Below, in pieces: positions 20,476 through 33,323 of a stretch of DNA of 64,000 nucleotides (position 1 is its first letter; the number at the start of each line of letters is the position of its first letter). This stretch comes from Clostridia bacterium (GTDB taxonomy: Bacteria > Bacillota > Clostridia > Christensenellales > UBA3700). The notes below the pieces were generated by a model that did no database searches, was not told where the DNA came from, and saw nothing but the letters and a program-made list of their open reading frames with translations. The translations under genes were made by a program, and so were the position numbers. The stretch spans positions 33,862 to 97,861 of the forward strand of contig JAIDUV010000027.1 of the NCBI GenBank assembly GCA_029060025.1. The letters are read 5' to 3'.

Positions 20476-20547
20476 AAAGTTACATTTATTATAAAATTTG
20501 CTTGTGTTATGTTTTTATATATGATATATTTTAATTAGAAATAGTTT

Positions 20548-20725
20548 TGAGGTGAAAGGAATGATGATAGTTTCTTGCTAAATTTTTATAATAAGTCGAC
20601 AGGGTTATTGCGCTCTAGGGACTTATTTGATTGCAAGAAAGTTTATCTACCAATTTCTCAAATACAAAAATATTTTGAGCACTAGTTGAGTTATGAGAAT
20701 ACTTTCTCATAACTTTTTTGTTTTT
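20548..20725 (+). promoter_or_regulatory. Ribosome-dependent attenuator upstream of the ABC-F gene (uORF MMIVSC at 20561-20581, terminator 20689-20719)
   Basis: RBS GAGGTGAAAGGA + ATGATGATAGTTTCTTGCTAA. tttcttgc in the uORF is complementary to gcaagaaa at 20633-20640. Hairpin agttatgagaa/ttctcataact + T run. Confidence 0.7.
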
Positions 20726-20740
20726 AAGGAGGTATATAGT

Positions 20741-22201
20741 ATGTCAATTATTAAGGTAGAAAATCTTACGTTTGCTTATCCGTCGAGTTATGACAATATT
20801 TTTGAAAACGTCAATTTTCAGATAGATACGGATTGGAAACTCGGCTTTGTTGGCAGAAACGGCAGGGGTAAAACAACTTTTTTAAATCTATTGCAGGGGA
20901 AATTCGAATATAGCGGAAAAATAATTAAGTCCGTTGAGTTTGATTATTTTCCTTATCCTGTGCGCGACAAGAGCAGTCTTACGGAAGATATTCTGCGCAA
21001 AGTTTGCCCGACGGCAGAAGAATGGCAAATTATGCGCGAGTTGTCATACTTGGACGTCGATTACGACTGTTTGTACAGACCGTTTGATACTTTGTCCAAT
21101 GGGGAGCAGACCAAAGTCCTGCTTGCCGCGCTGTTTCTAAACGAAGGGCGCTTTTTGCTGATAGACGAACCTACCAATCATTTAGACACGCAGGCGAGAG
21201 AATTGCTGTCGGCATATTTGCGTAAGAAAAAAAGTTTTATATTGGTATCTCACGACAGGCATTTTTTAGATGGATGCGTAGATCATATTCTTTCGCTTAA
21301 TCGCGCAAATATTGAGGTGCAGAGCGGTAACTTTTCTTCGTTTATGACAAATTTTGAGAGACAACAGGAATTTGAGCGTAGACAAAACAGCCGATTGCAA
21401 AATGATATTCAGCGCTTGCAAGAGACGGCAAAGCGTACTGCAAATTGGGCGGACGCCGTCGAGGCGTCAAAAATCGGAGCGGCGGACAAAGGTTACGTGG
21501 GGCATAAGTCTGCAAAAATGATGAAACGCGCAAAAGTCGTAGAGGCGCGGCAACAAAAAGAGATAGAACAAAAATCTAATTTGCTTAAAAATGTAGAGGT
21601 AGAAAGCGCCCTTAAAATCTCTCCGCTTTGGTATCGTTCCGACCGACTTGCGTCCTTTTCTTCGGTTGCGCCTGTTTATGACGGCAAAGTCGTTTGCGCG
21701 CCAATGACTTTTGAAATCAAGCGGGGTGATAGGATTGCTCTTGAGGGTAAAAACGGAAGCGGAAAAAGCAGTCTGCTAAAATTGCTGTGCGGTCAACTTA
21801 TAGGTCATTTAGGGAAAGTGGAGGTAGGCTCTAATTTAATCATATCCTACGTGCCGCAAGATACGTCACATTTGCAAGGAAGGCTTGCAGATTTTGCCGC
21901 GTCAAATAAGATAGACGAAAGGTTGTTTAAAGCCATACTTCAAAAAATGGGCTTTGACCACACTCAATTTGAGAAGGATATATCAGACTTTTCGGACGGA
22001 CAAAAGAAAAAGACCTTGATTGCAAGAAGTCTTTGCGAGCAGGCGCATTTATACGTCTGGGACGAGCCGTTGAATTATATTGATATTTATTCGCGTATTC
22101 AAATTGAAAAATTGCTTGAAGAGTTTAGACCCACAATGATATTTGTCGAGCACGACAAGGCTTTTCAGGATAAGATTGCGACAAGCGTAATTCATATTTA
22201 A
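20741..22201 (+). CDS. Lsa/Cpl-type ABC-F ribosomal protection protein (lincosamide/streptogramin A/pleuromutilin resistance family)
   Basis: Two ABC domains and no TM. N-terminus LTFAYPSSYDNIFENVNFQIDTDWKLGFVGRNGRGKTT and linker DKGYVGHKSAKMMKRAK are characteristic of the Lsa family. Confidence 0.88.
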   Translation: MSIIKVENLTFAYPSSYDNIFENVNFQIDTDWKLGFVGRNGRGKTTFLNLLQGKFEYSGKIIKSVEFDYFPYPVRDKSSLTEDILRKVCPTAEEWQIMRELSYLDVDYDCLYRPFDTLSNGEQTKVLLAALFLNEGRFLLIDEPTNHLDTQARELLSAYLRKKKSFILVSHDRHFLDGCVDHILSLNRANIEVQSGNFSSFMTNFERQQEFERRQNSRLQNDIQRLQETAKRTANWADAVEASKIGAADKGYVGHKSAKMMKRAKVVEARQQKEIEQKSNLLKNVEVESALKISPLWYRSDRLASFSSVAPVYDGKVVCAPMTFEIKRGDRIALEGKNGSGKSSLLKLLCGQLIGHLGKVEVGSNLIISYVPQDTSHLQGRLADFAASNKIDERLFKAILQKMGFDHTQFEKDISDFSDGQKKKTLIARSLCEQAHLYVWDEPLNYIDIYSRIQIEKLLEEFRPTMIFVEHDKAFQDKIATSVIHI

Positions 22202-22677
22202 TTTTTAGTCTTGGAATAAGATAAGTAGTGCGAATGAGTAATAGTTTCTACGTAATATTGCTCAACGCCTACGTCTCTTATTTTTTTATTACCGGTAAGC
22301 CAGTCTTTAAACACAATATCGTTAAATATGTCTTTTGTTTTATTGCAAGGAAATTCGTTACATTCTCCGCAGAAGTCAACTCCGTGAGATTTTGCGCATT
22401 CTAAAATAAAGCAATTTTTGATGCAATATTTGCCGTGTTCGCCATTTCTGCAACCACAACAAGAAGCATTTGATTTGCTGTTCAATTTTTCTAAAAACTT
22501 TTTCTCTTCGCGTATTGATTTTTTAGGTAAAATAGCATTTTCAAAATCACAATACCCAATATGATAATTTAATAAATTATTAGCCGTTTTTGCAATGATT
22601 CCATCTTTTTTTACAGCGCAAGTATAACAACATAGAGCGCAAGGTGCAATGGCTTCAAGTATATCCTTTTTCTCCAT
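22198..22677 (-). CDS. DUF3795-like Cys-rich protein
   Basis: IAPCALCCYTC, CCGCR, C.I.ECA..HGVDFCGECNEFPC. Confidence 0.75.
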   Translation of the reverse strand: MEKKDILEAIAPCALCCYTCAVKKDGIIAKTANNLLNYHIGYCDFENAILPKKSIREEKKFLEKLNSKSNASCCGCRNGEHGKYCIKNCFILECAKSHGVDFCGECNEFPCNKTKDIFNDIVFKDWLTGNKKIRDVGVEQYYVETITHSHYLSYSKTKN

Positions 22678-22683
22678 TATATT

Positions 22684-23073
22684 TTAAGAGTTTTTATCTT
22701 TATTTTCTTCTTGTTGTTTTTCTGGCTCAGCCTTTTCGTCGGATTTGGCAGGGGAGGAGGCAGGTTGCGCCGAGATACCCACGACGTCGTCCACAGGGAG
22801 AGAAAAGGCAATACCTTTGCCCTCGCTTTTAAGTCCGGCGTTGCGGTAGATTGCGTGGAGTACGTTGTCTTTGATTTCTGCGGGTACCAATATCATTACG
22901 ATATCTTTATCAGGCTGAATTGCTATATGGAAGAATTGTTCCGCCTCTTTGTTGGCAGTTCCGCGGGCGTGAATGACCGTGCCGCCGCGCGCGCCTTCTT
23001 CTTTTGCCGCGTCCATAACGAGTTCTGAAAATCCCGCGTCTACTATACACAATATCATTTCGTAATTATTCAT
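22684..23073 (-). CDS. P-II-like (GlnB superfamily) protein
   Basis: CIVDAG...AAKEEGARGGTVIHARGT, EGKGIAFSLPVDDVVG. Confidence 0.85.
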   Translation of the reverse strand: MNNYEMILCIVDAGFSELVMDAAKEEGARGGTVIHARGTANKEAEQFFHIAIQPDKDIVMILVPAEIKDNVLHAIYRNAGLKSEGKGIAFSLPVDDVVGISAQPASSPAKSDEKAEPEKQQEENKDKNS

Positions 23074-23528
23074 TATTTGCTCTCCTTTACTGCCATTCTG
23101 TTGTTGCTTAAAAAACCGTAGATTAGCGTACCTATTACGCTTGTCAGAGGTATTGTGCAGGCTACGCCTTTGCCGTCTCTTATTGTTTGGAATTTATGCT
23201 CTAGCGTACTCATTGCGTCAGGTATTTTATTCTCTTGAATTACGCTCAATATGACGACTTTTTCACTGTCCAACAAGCCGAGCAGTCCCAGCATCTTTGC
23301 GTTTGCCGTGCCTTCCGCAAGCACGACCATCTGCATATTTACGTCAAAAGATTGAATTAGGTCGGTATAATATTCGGCTTTTTTTCTTGCTACGATCGTA
23401 ATAAGAAGTTTAAGTTTGTTGGACTTGACCCTATTTGACGGAGCAGACTTTGCCTTTTGGGAAGAATGTTGTTTCGTCTCTTTTTTGGCAGCCGAATCGT
23501 TTTCTTTTATATGTTTTTTGTCAGACAT
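23073..23528 (-). CDS. Second, divergent P-II-like protein
   Basis: LLITIV, AEGTA, SEKVVILSV, DGKGVACTIPLTSVIG. Translationally coupled to the downstream P-II gene. Confidence 0.75.
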   Translation of the reverse strand: MSDKKHIKENDSAAKKETKQHSSQKAKSAPSNRVKSNKLKLLITIVARKKAEYYTDLIQSFDVNMQMVVLAEGTANAKMLGLLGLLDSEKVVILSVIQENKIPDAMSTLEHKFQTIRDGKGVACTIPLTSVIGTLIYGFLSNNRMAVKESK

Positions 23529-23537
23529 ATATACCTC

Positions 23538-25079
23538 CTAGTCAAAGTAAATGATTTGCTCGTCGTCTGCGGACAGTATGCGCTTCATTGCTATCTTGTC
23601 TCGTACCTTTGCAGACATAATTGCTTTAAAACCAAGCGCCTGTATCGTAATGAGAGGTGTCATAGCAACCATTGCAACCACGCCGAAAGCGTCAGTTAAG
23701 ATAGATTCCGCACCGCCGTTGATAGAAACGCACGCGCCTACGATTAAGGGCAGAATAAAACTCGAAGTCAACGGACCGCTGGCAACGCCGCCCGAGTCAA
23801 ATGCAATCGCGGTATATACCTTGGGAACGAAAAATGACAGTCCCAAAGAAATGAGATAACCAGGTATAAGATAATACAGAAGAGAGAAGTGGCAAATCAT
23901 TCTGATTATCGACAGACATAGCGAAACGCCGACAGCCAATGAAAGCGCAATCAACATTTCAATTTTTTTGACGCCGCCGCCGGTGACCTGCTCGACTTGC
24001 TTGTTGAGGACGTGCACCGCGGGCTCTGCCAAAACTACGACAAAACCTATCACCAAACCGAATACGGCAAGCACAGGTTGAGAGAAGCGGGCAATTTCCG
24101 TGCCGAGTTTGAAACCGATTGGCATAAAGCCGACTTCTACAGCAACAAGGAATATGACAAGTCCAAAGAACGTATATGCAATACCGATACCGATTTGCGC
24201 AAGTTTTTGGCGAGGAAGTTTTAAAACTGTGAATTGCAGTATCAAGAAAAATACAACGATAAGCGCCAATGCAAGCAGTACGTCTTTAGCGGTGCTCAAT
24301 ATGGAGTGACCTATAAGAGCAAGCGAGCCTTCGACAGTCTCATAAGAAGCAAGCGCGTTTAGCGTATCTTGAGAGATTTCGCCTTTTGAGCAAAGCGAAA
24401 GTATCATAACTGCGATTATAGGACCTATGGAGCATAGAGCAATAAGTCCAAAACTGTTTTCGTTGGCGTCTCTGCCGCCGATCGTAGTCGCAATACCAAA
24501 GCCGAGAGCCATTATAAAGGGTACTGTTATCGGACCTGTGGTTACGCCGCCCGAATCGAAAGAAAGCGCGAGAAAATCGTTTTTTCCACATTCTATAAGC
24601 ATCGCGCAAATTGCAAAGAGCATCATATAGAAAAACATCAAAAGCATTGACAGGCTTTTGTGGAATACTATTTTAAGCACTGCGATTATCAGAAAAATTC
24701 CCACGCCTGCGCCTACCGTCACTATGAGCACAGTGTTGTTCATAACGTCGCTGACTTGCGAGGCAAGCACGGAAAGGTCGGGCTCAGCAACTGTGATAAG
24801 CACGCCCATAATAAAGCACACTGATACAAGTACAAGCACTTTTTTTGACTTGGTAAGTCCTGTGCCTACGTGTCCGCCCATTGGCGTCATTGCAAGGTCT
24901 GCGCCCAAATTAAACAGTCCGATACCCAAGATAAGCATCACTGCGCACACCGCAAAGGTGATTTGCTCGGTTGTAGTCAAAGGCGCAAGGGGGGTGAAAG
25001 AAATTATAAGTACGATTATCGCAATCGGCAAAACCGATATGAGCGATTCTTTAAGTTTGACTAAAAGCGCCTTTACCAT
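23538..25079 (-). CDS. DUF1538 membrane protein (two fused repeats)
   Basis: AEPDLSVLA / AEPAVHVL and FDSGGVTTGPITVPF / FDSGGVASGPLTSSF duplicated motifs. Confidence 0.88.
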   Translation of the reverse strand: MVKALLVKLKESLISVLPIAIIVLIISFTPLAPLTTTEQITFAVCAVMLILGIGLFNLGADLAMTPMGGHVGTGLTKSKKVLVLVSVCFIMGVLITVAEPDLSVLASQVSDVMNNTVLIVTVGAGVGIFLIIAVLKIVFHKSLSMLLMFFYMMLFAICAMLIECGKNDFLALSFDSGGVTTGPITVPFIMALGFGIATTIGGRDANENSFGLIALCSIGPIIAVMILSLCSKGEISQDTLNALASYETVEGSLALIGHSILSTAKDVLLALALIVVFFLILQFTVLKLPRQKLAQIGIGIAYTFFGLVIFLVAVEVGFMPIGFKLGTEIARFSQPVLAVFGLVIGFVVVLAEPAVHVLNKQVEQVTGGGVKKIEMLIALSLAVGVSLCLSIIRMICHFSLLYYLIPGYLISLGLSFFVPKVYTAIAFDSGGVASGPLTSSFILPLIVGACVSINGGAESILTDAFGVVAMVAMTPLITIQALGFKAIMSAKVRDKIAMKRILSADDEQIIYFD

Positions 25080-25224
25080 TTTCACTCCAATTTTTCACTT
25101 TCTGTAAGATAATTTTTTGTCGATAAAATATGCTTTATATATTATATCATAATTTTATGACATAAGCAACCGTAAGATTTTGATTTTCTAGTAAATTTAA
25201 TGAATTATTGCCTTGATATTATTT

Positions 25225-25815
25225 CTAATTTTGCTTGATATATCTCCATAAGCCAAAAATGCGACTGTCGTCTGTAGGTTCGCCATCGTTAAAGATTGTG
25301 TCATCAGCGTCTACTTTGCTTTTGAAATATTGCGCGTATTCGTAAGTTGCAAAGAGTCCGTATTCATTTAGTTTGTCCAATATATCTTTATCTTTGTTGA
25401 AAGGATATCCTATATCGTATAGGGCAGAGCCGCCTTCATAATCGTGATGTATGTCATATCCGCAAAACTCAAAGCCGGCATAATCGGGAATTTCATTGCT
25501 GTCGCAAAATTGAGCGCAGATGAGTTGTTCGTCACTTCCCAAAGTTGACTTTGCATTTTCACATAGCGCAATAGCCGTGTCTTTTGAGATATATTCGTAT
25601 TTTAACGACGATACATCCAAAAGGCTTTCGTCGTCGAGTTGGTAAAATATCTCGCGGAAGTCGCTTTTAAACTTACAACAGTGTCCCAAAGTTACTATTT
25701 CTTTTTTACCGACAATTCCTGTATATTCCTCAAATTTTTTATTGGGAAAAAAGCGTATGCCGACAAACAAATCTTTAATAATCTCAAATACTCTGTCTTC
25801 GCCCCATATAATCAT
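25225..25815 (-). CDS. Hypothetical protein (196 aa), probably leaderless
   Basis: ORF with FEFCGYDI and LNEYGLF. TG-A-TATAAT ends 6 nt before the ATG and there is no SD. Confidence 0.65.
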   Translation of the reverse strand: MIIWGEDRVFEIIKDLFVGIRFFPNKKFEEYTGIVGKKEIVTLGHCCKFKSDFREIFYQLDDESLLDVSSLKYEYISKDTAIALCENAKSTLGSDEQLICAQFCDSNEIPDYAGFEFCGYDIHHDYEGGSALYDIGYPFNKDKDILDKLNEYGLFATYEYAQYFKSKVDADDTIFNDGEPTDDSRIFGLWRYIKQN

Positions 25816-25918
25816 AGCGTGATTATATCATAACTGCTTAATAAAGTAAAGCAAAATATGTTGAAAGGATCAGCATCTTATGTTAAAATAGTTTTGAAGT
25901 TTTATACGGAGGCGAGTT

Positions 25919-26386
25919 ATGTCTTTGACAAGGGCAAAAGAACATTTGAAGAATTACGGATTGGCGGGAGATATTATGGAGTTTGGCGTATCTTCCGCGA
26001 CCGTGCAAGAAGCGGCTATTGCCGTGGGGTGCAAAGAGCAAGAGATTGCAAAGACTTTGTCATTTTACGTCGGCGAAAGTCCGATACTAATTGTGGTTGC
26101 GGGAGATTGTAAGATTGACAACGGCAAATACAAAGCGGAGTTTTCTACCAAAGCAAAGATGATACCTTTTGAAGAAGTCGAAAGCGCCGTCGGGCACGCA
26201 GTCGGAGGAGTTTGTCCCTTTGGAATAAACGACGGCGTGACGGTTTATCTTGATTGCTCTTTAAAGAGATTTGATTACGTTTATCCCGCTTGCGGAAGTT
26301 CCAACAGCGCAATCAAGTTGAGCATTGCCGAATTAGAAAAGACGTCAGGATATAAAAAATGGATAGACGTCTGCAAAAATGTTTAA
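25919..26386 (+). CDS. YbaK/EbsC-family aminoacyl-tRNA editing protein
   Basis: TVQEAA..VGC...IAKTL, GHAVGGVCPFG, YPACGS. RBS GGAGG. Confidence 0.9.
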   Translation: MSLTRAKEHLKNYGLAGDIMEFGVSSATVQEAAIAVGCKEQEIAKTLSFYVGESPILIVVAGDCKIDNGKYKAEFSTKAKMIPFEEVESAVGHAVGGVCPFGINDGVTVYLDCSLKRFDYVYPACGSSNSAIKLSIAELEKTSGYKKWIDVCKNV

Positions 26387-26440
26387 TATTACAGAAAACA
26401 AAGTTGCAAAGCAATTCGCGATTTGCGTAATAATAAGATA

Positions 26441-26857
26441 CTAATCGAATTTGATTTTTTCAACTTTGAAATCGCAGTAATATTCGGCTTGTTCACAAGT
26501 GAATTTCAATACGCAATAATCGGGATCAGTCACACCCTTTTTATAAAAGAGGGTATCTCCAAAACGCCATATCATATCTTTTGTAGGTTGGTCTTCGCAC
26601 ACTTGCATAGTGCCGGTGATAGACGCGCCTTGATATTTAAATCTACCGCGTTTGTAAAAATATATGCAAGCCTTTGGATTGTCAAGATACTGTTTTACTT
26701 TGTTTGACGAGGTATTTGTGGAGAAGTATACGTCCTTGCCGTCTATTTTTCTCGGCGAAAGCATAGCCCTTGCCACAGGGTAGCCATCTTCGTTTACAGA
26801 TACAATAATAGCCGTCTTTTGCTTTGATATAAATTGGATTACTTCGCTTGAGTTCAT
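26441..26857 (-). CDS. Pyridoxamine 5'-phosphate oxidase-like FMN-binding protein (general stress protein type)
   Basis: DGYPVARAM, YFSTNTSSNKV, NPKACIYF, GVTDPDYCVLKF. Confidence 0.85.
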   Translation of the reverse strand: MNSSEVIQFISKQKTAIIVSVNEDGYPVARAMLSPRKIDGKDVYFSTNTSSNKVKQYLDNPKACIYFYKRGRFKYQGASITGTMQVCEDQPTKDMIWRFGDTLFYKKGVTDPDYCVLKFTCEQAEYYCDFKVEKIKFD

Positions 26858-26982
26858 AATATTCTCCACGCCATTTGTCAGTTAAATTATAATGCTTTAA
26901 TGTCAAAATTGCAACGTTTTGTAGAGGGGTTGAAAAAATATCAGCGCTCTGATATAATCTAACTAAAAAGCAAGGGGTCTGT

Positions 26983-27921
26983 ATGCCACAACATATCACC
27001 GTCCAAAAATTTAATACTGCGTGGGAAAGGCAATTCGTCGAGGAAAAAGAACTTATAAAATCTATCTTGAAAGATAACCTCGTCGAAATCTATCATATCG
27101 GTTCGACGGCAGTAAAAGGATTGAGCGCAAAGCCAATAATAGATATGATGCCTGCAGTTTTCGACTTATCGAAAGTTGATTTAATTGCCAATAAATTTGA
27201 GCAAGCGGGATATGAGTATATGGGCGAGTTTGGCATAAAAGGCAGGAGATATTTGCGTAAGGGCGGAGACGAAAGAACGCATCAAATACATATCTTTCAA
27301 AAAGACGATGCTTCTAATATAAAAAGACATTTAGCCGTGCGAGATTATTTGCGAGAGCACTTTGACGAAGCGCAACGTTACGGCAAATTAAAAGAAAGTC
27401 TTGCTTTGCAATTTCAATATGATATTGAAGGTTACTGCGACGGAAAAGAAGAATTTATGCAAAGTCTTGAGCAGTTGGCAATGGAATGGTACGACAATTC
27501 AATAAGACTTGGCAATATTTGTGAAATTGACGAAATTATGCAGATTTGGAAAAGCGAAAACATCAGAGCGCACAACTTCATTTCGGCAGATTATTGGGAA
27601 AGCAATTATTGCGCGGTCAAAAGTGCTTTGCCGCAAGCCGGGATATACGTATACGTTTGCAAAGGAGAAATAATGGGATTTATCGGACTGAACGGCAATT
27701 ATATCGAAGGTATATTTGTAAAAGCCGATTGCCAATGCAAAGGCATCGGTAAGGCTTTGCTAAATAAAGTAAAAGAGACAAGGTCTGATTTGAATTTAAG
27801 CGTATATAAGAAAAACTTAAACGCAGTAACGTTTTATTTAAAAAACGCTTTTGCCGTCGTAAGCGAAGGCATAGACGATAACACCAACGAAATCGAATAT
27901 ACTATGCGTTGGACGAAATAA
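26983..27921 (+). CDS. GrpB (UPF0157) domain fused to a GNAT acetyltransferase
   Basis: HIGSTAVKGLSAKPIIDM, RTHQIH, RDYLR, YCDGK, then AHNFI, QCKGIGKALL, N.NAVTFY. Confidence 0.88.
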   Translation: MPQHITVQKFNTAWERQFVEEKELIKSILKDNLVEIYHIGSTAVKGLSAKPIIDMMPAVFDLSKVDLIANKFEQAGYEYMGEFGIKGRRYLRKGGDERTHQIHIFQKDDASNIKRHLAVRDYLREHFDEAQRYGKLKESLALQFQYDIEGYCDGKEEFMQSLEQLAMEWYDNSIRLGNICEIDEIMQIWKSENIRAHNFISADYWESNYCAVKSALPQAGIYVYVCKGEIMGFIGLNGNYIEGIFVKADCQCKGIGKALLNKVKETRSDLNLSVYKKNLNAVTFYLKNAFAVVSEGIDDNTNEIEYTMRWTK

Positions 27922-28051
27922 CGACAATAATTTTGCAGGTTATGAGAATGATAACGACAAGGTTGTCGATAAATATTTAAGACTAAAAGTAATAATGTTG
28001 TTGACATTATATGGATTTTTGTATTGAAATTATAGATTAAATATGATATAA

Positions 28052-31135
<3,084 letters not shown>

Positions 31136-31140
31136 CGATA

Positions 31141-31168
31141 AAAACGCCGATTTAACGTCGGCGTTTTT
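31141..31168 (+). terminator. Intrinsic terminator
   Basis: aaaacgccga...tcggcgttttt. Confidence 0.8.
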
Positions 31169-31182
31169 AAATGGGAAAAATT

Positions 31183-31617
31183 ATGAAGATAATTGAATAT
31201 GAAAATAAGTATCGCGACGATTTGATATTTATGGTATTGCAAGCAAAAGACGCGCTTGGCAAGATTCCTACGTTAAATGAGGACTTGATGGATATCAATG
31301 CCAACTATTTTCAAAAAGGCGACAAGTTTTGGCTTGCAGTGGATGAGAGTGACAGAGTGGTCGGCTCAATAGGATTTTCTACGTTGCAAGATAATAAAGA
31401 GGTAAGGCTGCACCGCCTTTACGTCAAAGCAAATCTTAAAAGGCAGGGGATCGGTTCTCAATTGTTGACGTATGCGGAAGAATATTTGCGGAGCAAAAGC
31501 AAGAAGTCAGTCAGCGTTCATTTGGGCGAGTTTAAATATTATTTTGAATCATATTTGTTTTATCAAAAACACGGATATAAAGAATATCAACCAAGGTATA
31601 TGATAAAATTTTTATAA
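31183..31617 (+). CDS. GNAT N-acetyltransferase
   Basis: VVGSIG, LHRLYV, KRQGIGSQLL, FYQKHGY. Confidence 0.88.
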   Translation: MKIIEYENKYRDDLIFMVLQAKDALGKIPTLNEDLMDINANYFQKGDKFWLAVDESDRVVGSIGFSTLQDNKEVRLHRLYVKANLKRQGIGSQLLTYAEEYLRSKSKKSVSVHLGEFKYYFESYLFYQKHGYKEYQPRYMIKFL

Positions 31618-31828
31618 AAACAATCGTAATATTTTGCTTTTGTATTTAGGTAATGTTAATTTTATACGCGTTTGATTTAGCAAAATGATAATATGAGAAG
31701 ATTATTGTACTTTTTTGTCGTTAATAACGCGTTTTTCTATTACAAGATTTGTAAAAGTTTTATTATGTCTTGACTTTAAACTTGCTTAGATTATATAATA
31801 TATATGTAAACAATATTTGGATTGACGA

Positions 31829-33262
31829 ATGGAAACATTTAAGTTTGTGTTGGATATAATCAATTATATTTTTATGGCGATATTGGGGCTTGGATTCTTG
31901 CCTCAAATAATCTATGTATTGTTGTTTTTCTTAAAGCCTAAAAGGTATCCCAAAGCAAAAGAATTTCATAAAGTTGCAATCTTTATTCCGGCGAGAAATG
32001 AGTCTGCAACTATAGAGAATACCGTAAAAAGTATGTTTAAGCAGAATTATCCTGCCGATAAATATACTGTGTACGTCGTTGCGGATAACTGCGACGACAA
32101 TACGGCAGAACTTGCAAGAGAAGCGGGCGCGCGAGTATTTGAGAGGTTTGACGACGAACATCGCAGTCGAGGTTGGGCTCTTGATTACGGTACCCGACTT
32201 GCGTTGGAAGAAGATCCCGACATAGAGTTTTTTGTAATGTTTGACGCAGACAACGTGGCTCATTGCGATTATCTGTCAAAAATGAACGACGCTTTTGAGA
32301 GCGGAGTGCAATTTGCGAGAGGTTACGCCAATAGCAAAAATATAGATTACAATACGACGAGCGCAATATCCGGTATTTATTATTTGCGTGACTCAAGACT
32401 GTGCTGTCAGTCGCGTTCTGCATTGGGACTGGATCAACAGTTGATGGGACCGGGTATGATGATATCGGCGGAGTTTATAAAAGAGCGAGGCTTTGACGCT
32501 CACAGTATAAGCGAAGATGCGGAGTTTACTTACAACCGTATGTTGGAAGGCAAGCGTACTCAATACGTTGACGAGGCTATATATTACGAAGAGCAACCTA
32601 CAAAAATGAAAGACGTATTCAATCGCAATATACGTTTTGGCTACGGACTTAACAGGCTTTTCTTTAATCACGGCTTCAGAATGTTGGGCAAGTTTTTCAC
32701 GACTGGTAGAATTTCGTACGTAGATATGTTTTTGCAACTGTTGTTTATCCCAATATCATTGATATGCTGTATATGGATACCTATTTATTACGGATTTACT
32801 CTTGTTGAAGCAATAGTGATGTTTTCGACAAATCCGCGTATGCTTTACGATTGGCTTAAAGTTGCGGCTATTGCATTATCGTGTATATTCTATCTGCCGT
32901 TTGTACTGCAAGCGCTTTTCGTGGTGCTACTTGAAAGAAAAAAACTTAAGTGTAAGCCTTCTAAACTCATATTCGCCTGTCTCGTATTTCCGCTATATAT
33001 GATAGCATATTTGCTTTCGATAGCAATAGGCACTTTGACGCGTAAGCCTAAATGGAAACAAATAAATCACCACGTGACGGTAGATTTAGATACTTTCTTC
33101 AGAGAAGAAGGCTCGGCGGAAACTCCGGAATTGCAGGTAGCGTCAGATTTGCTTCTTGAGGAGGGGGAAGAGAAGAGCGAAGAAATTATAGATAATGCTC
33201 AAAGTCAGTCCTTTGAAGAAGACGAAGAAGTCGTGGACGGCGATGTAAGAGAAGATAATTAG
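31829..33262 (+). CDS. Membrane GT2 glycosyltransferase (CESA-like)
   Basis: IPARNE, VVADNCDDNT, FDADN, ISED and a QxxRW-like NRNIRF; N- and C-terminal TMs. Confidence 0.88.
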   Translation: METFKFVLDIINYIFMAILGLGFLPQIIYVLLFFLKPKRYPKAKEFHKVAIFIPARNESATIENTVKSMFKQNYPADKYTVYVVADNCDDNTAELAREAGARVFERFDDEHRSRGWALDYGTRLALEEDPDIEFFVMFDADNVAHCDYLSKMNDAFESGVQFARGYANSKNIDYNTTSAISGIYYLRDSRLCCQSRSALGLDQQLMGPGMMISAEFIKERGFDAHSISEDAEFTYNRMLEGKRTQYVDEAIYYEEQPTKMKDVFNRNIRFGYGLNRLFFNHGFRMLGKFFTTGRISYVDMFLQLLFIPISLICCIWIPIYYGFTLVEAIVMFSTNPRMLYDWLKVAAIALSCIFYLPFVLQALFVVLLERKKLKCKPSKLIFACLVFPLYMIAYLLSIAIGTLTRKPKWKQINHHVTVDLDTFFREEGSAETPELQVASDLLLEEGEEKSEEIIDNAQSQSFEEDEEVVDGDVREDN

Positions 33263-33269
33263 ACATAAC

Positions 33270-33302
33270 AAAACGCAACTTTGATTTCAAAGTTGCGTTT
33301 TA
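33270..33302. terminator. Bidirectional terminator
   Basis: aaaacgcaactttga-tt-tcaaagttgcgtttt perfect inverted repeat. Confidence 0.8.
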
Positions 33303-33323
33303 TATTTAGATGATTTTTTACAC

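Noticed and set aside
20693-20740. Upstream ATG (20693) as the start of the ABC-F gene
   Set aside because: It lies inside the attenuator terminator. ATG 20741 has AAGGAGG and matches the family N-terminus.
20430-27921. Genomic island integrated at tRNA-Arg
   Set aside because: The genes look accessory, but no integrase or duplicated tRNA 3' end (att site) was found.
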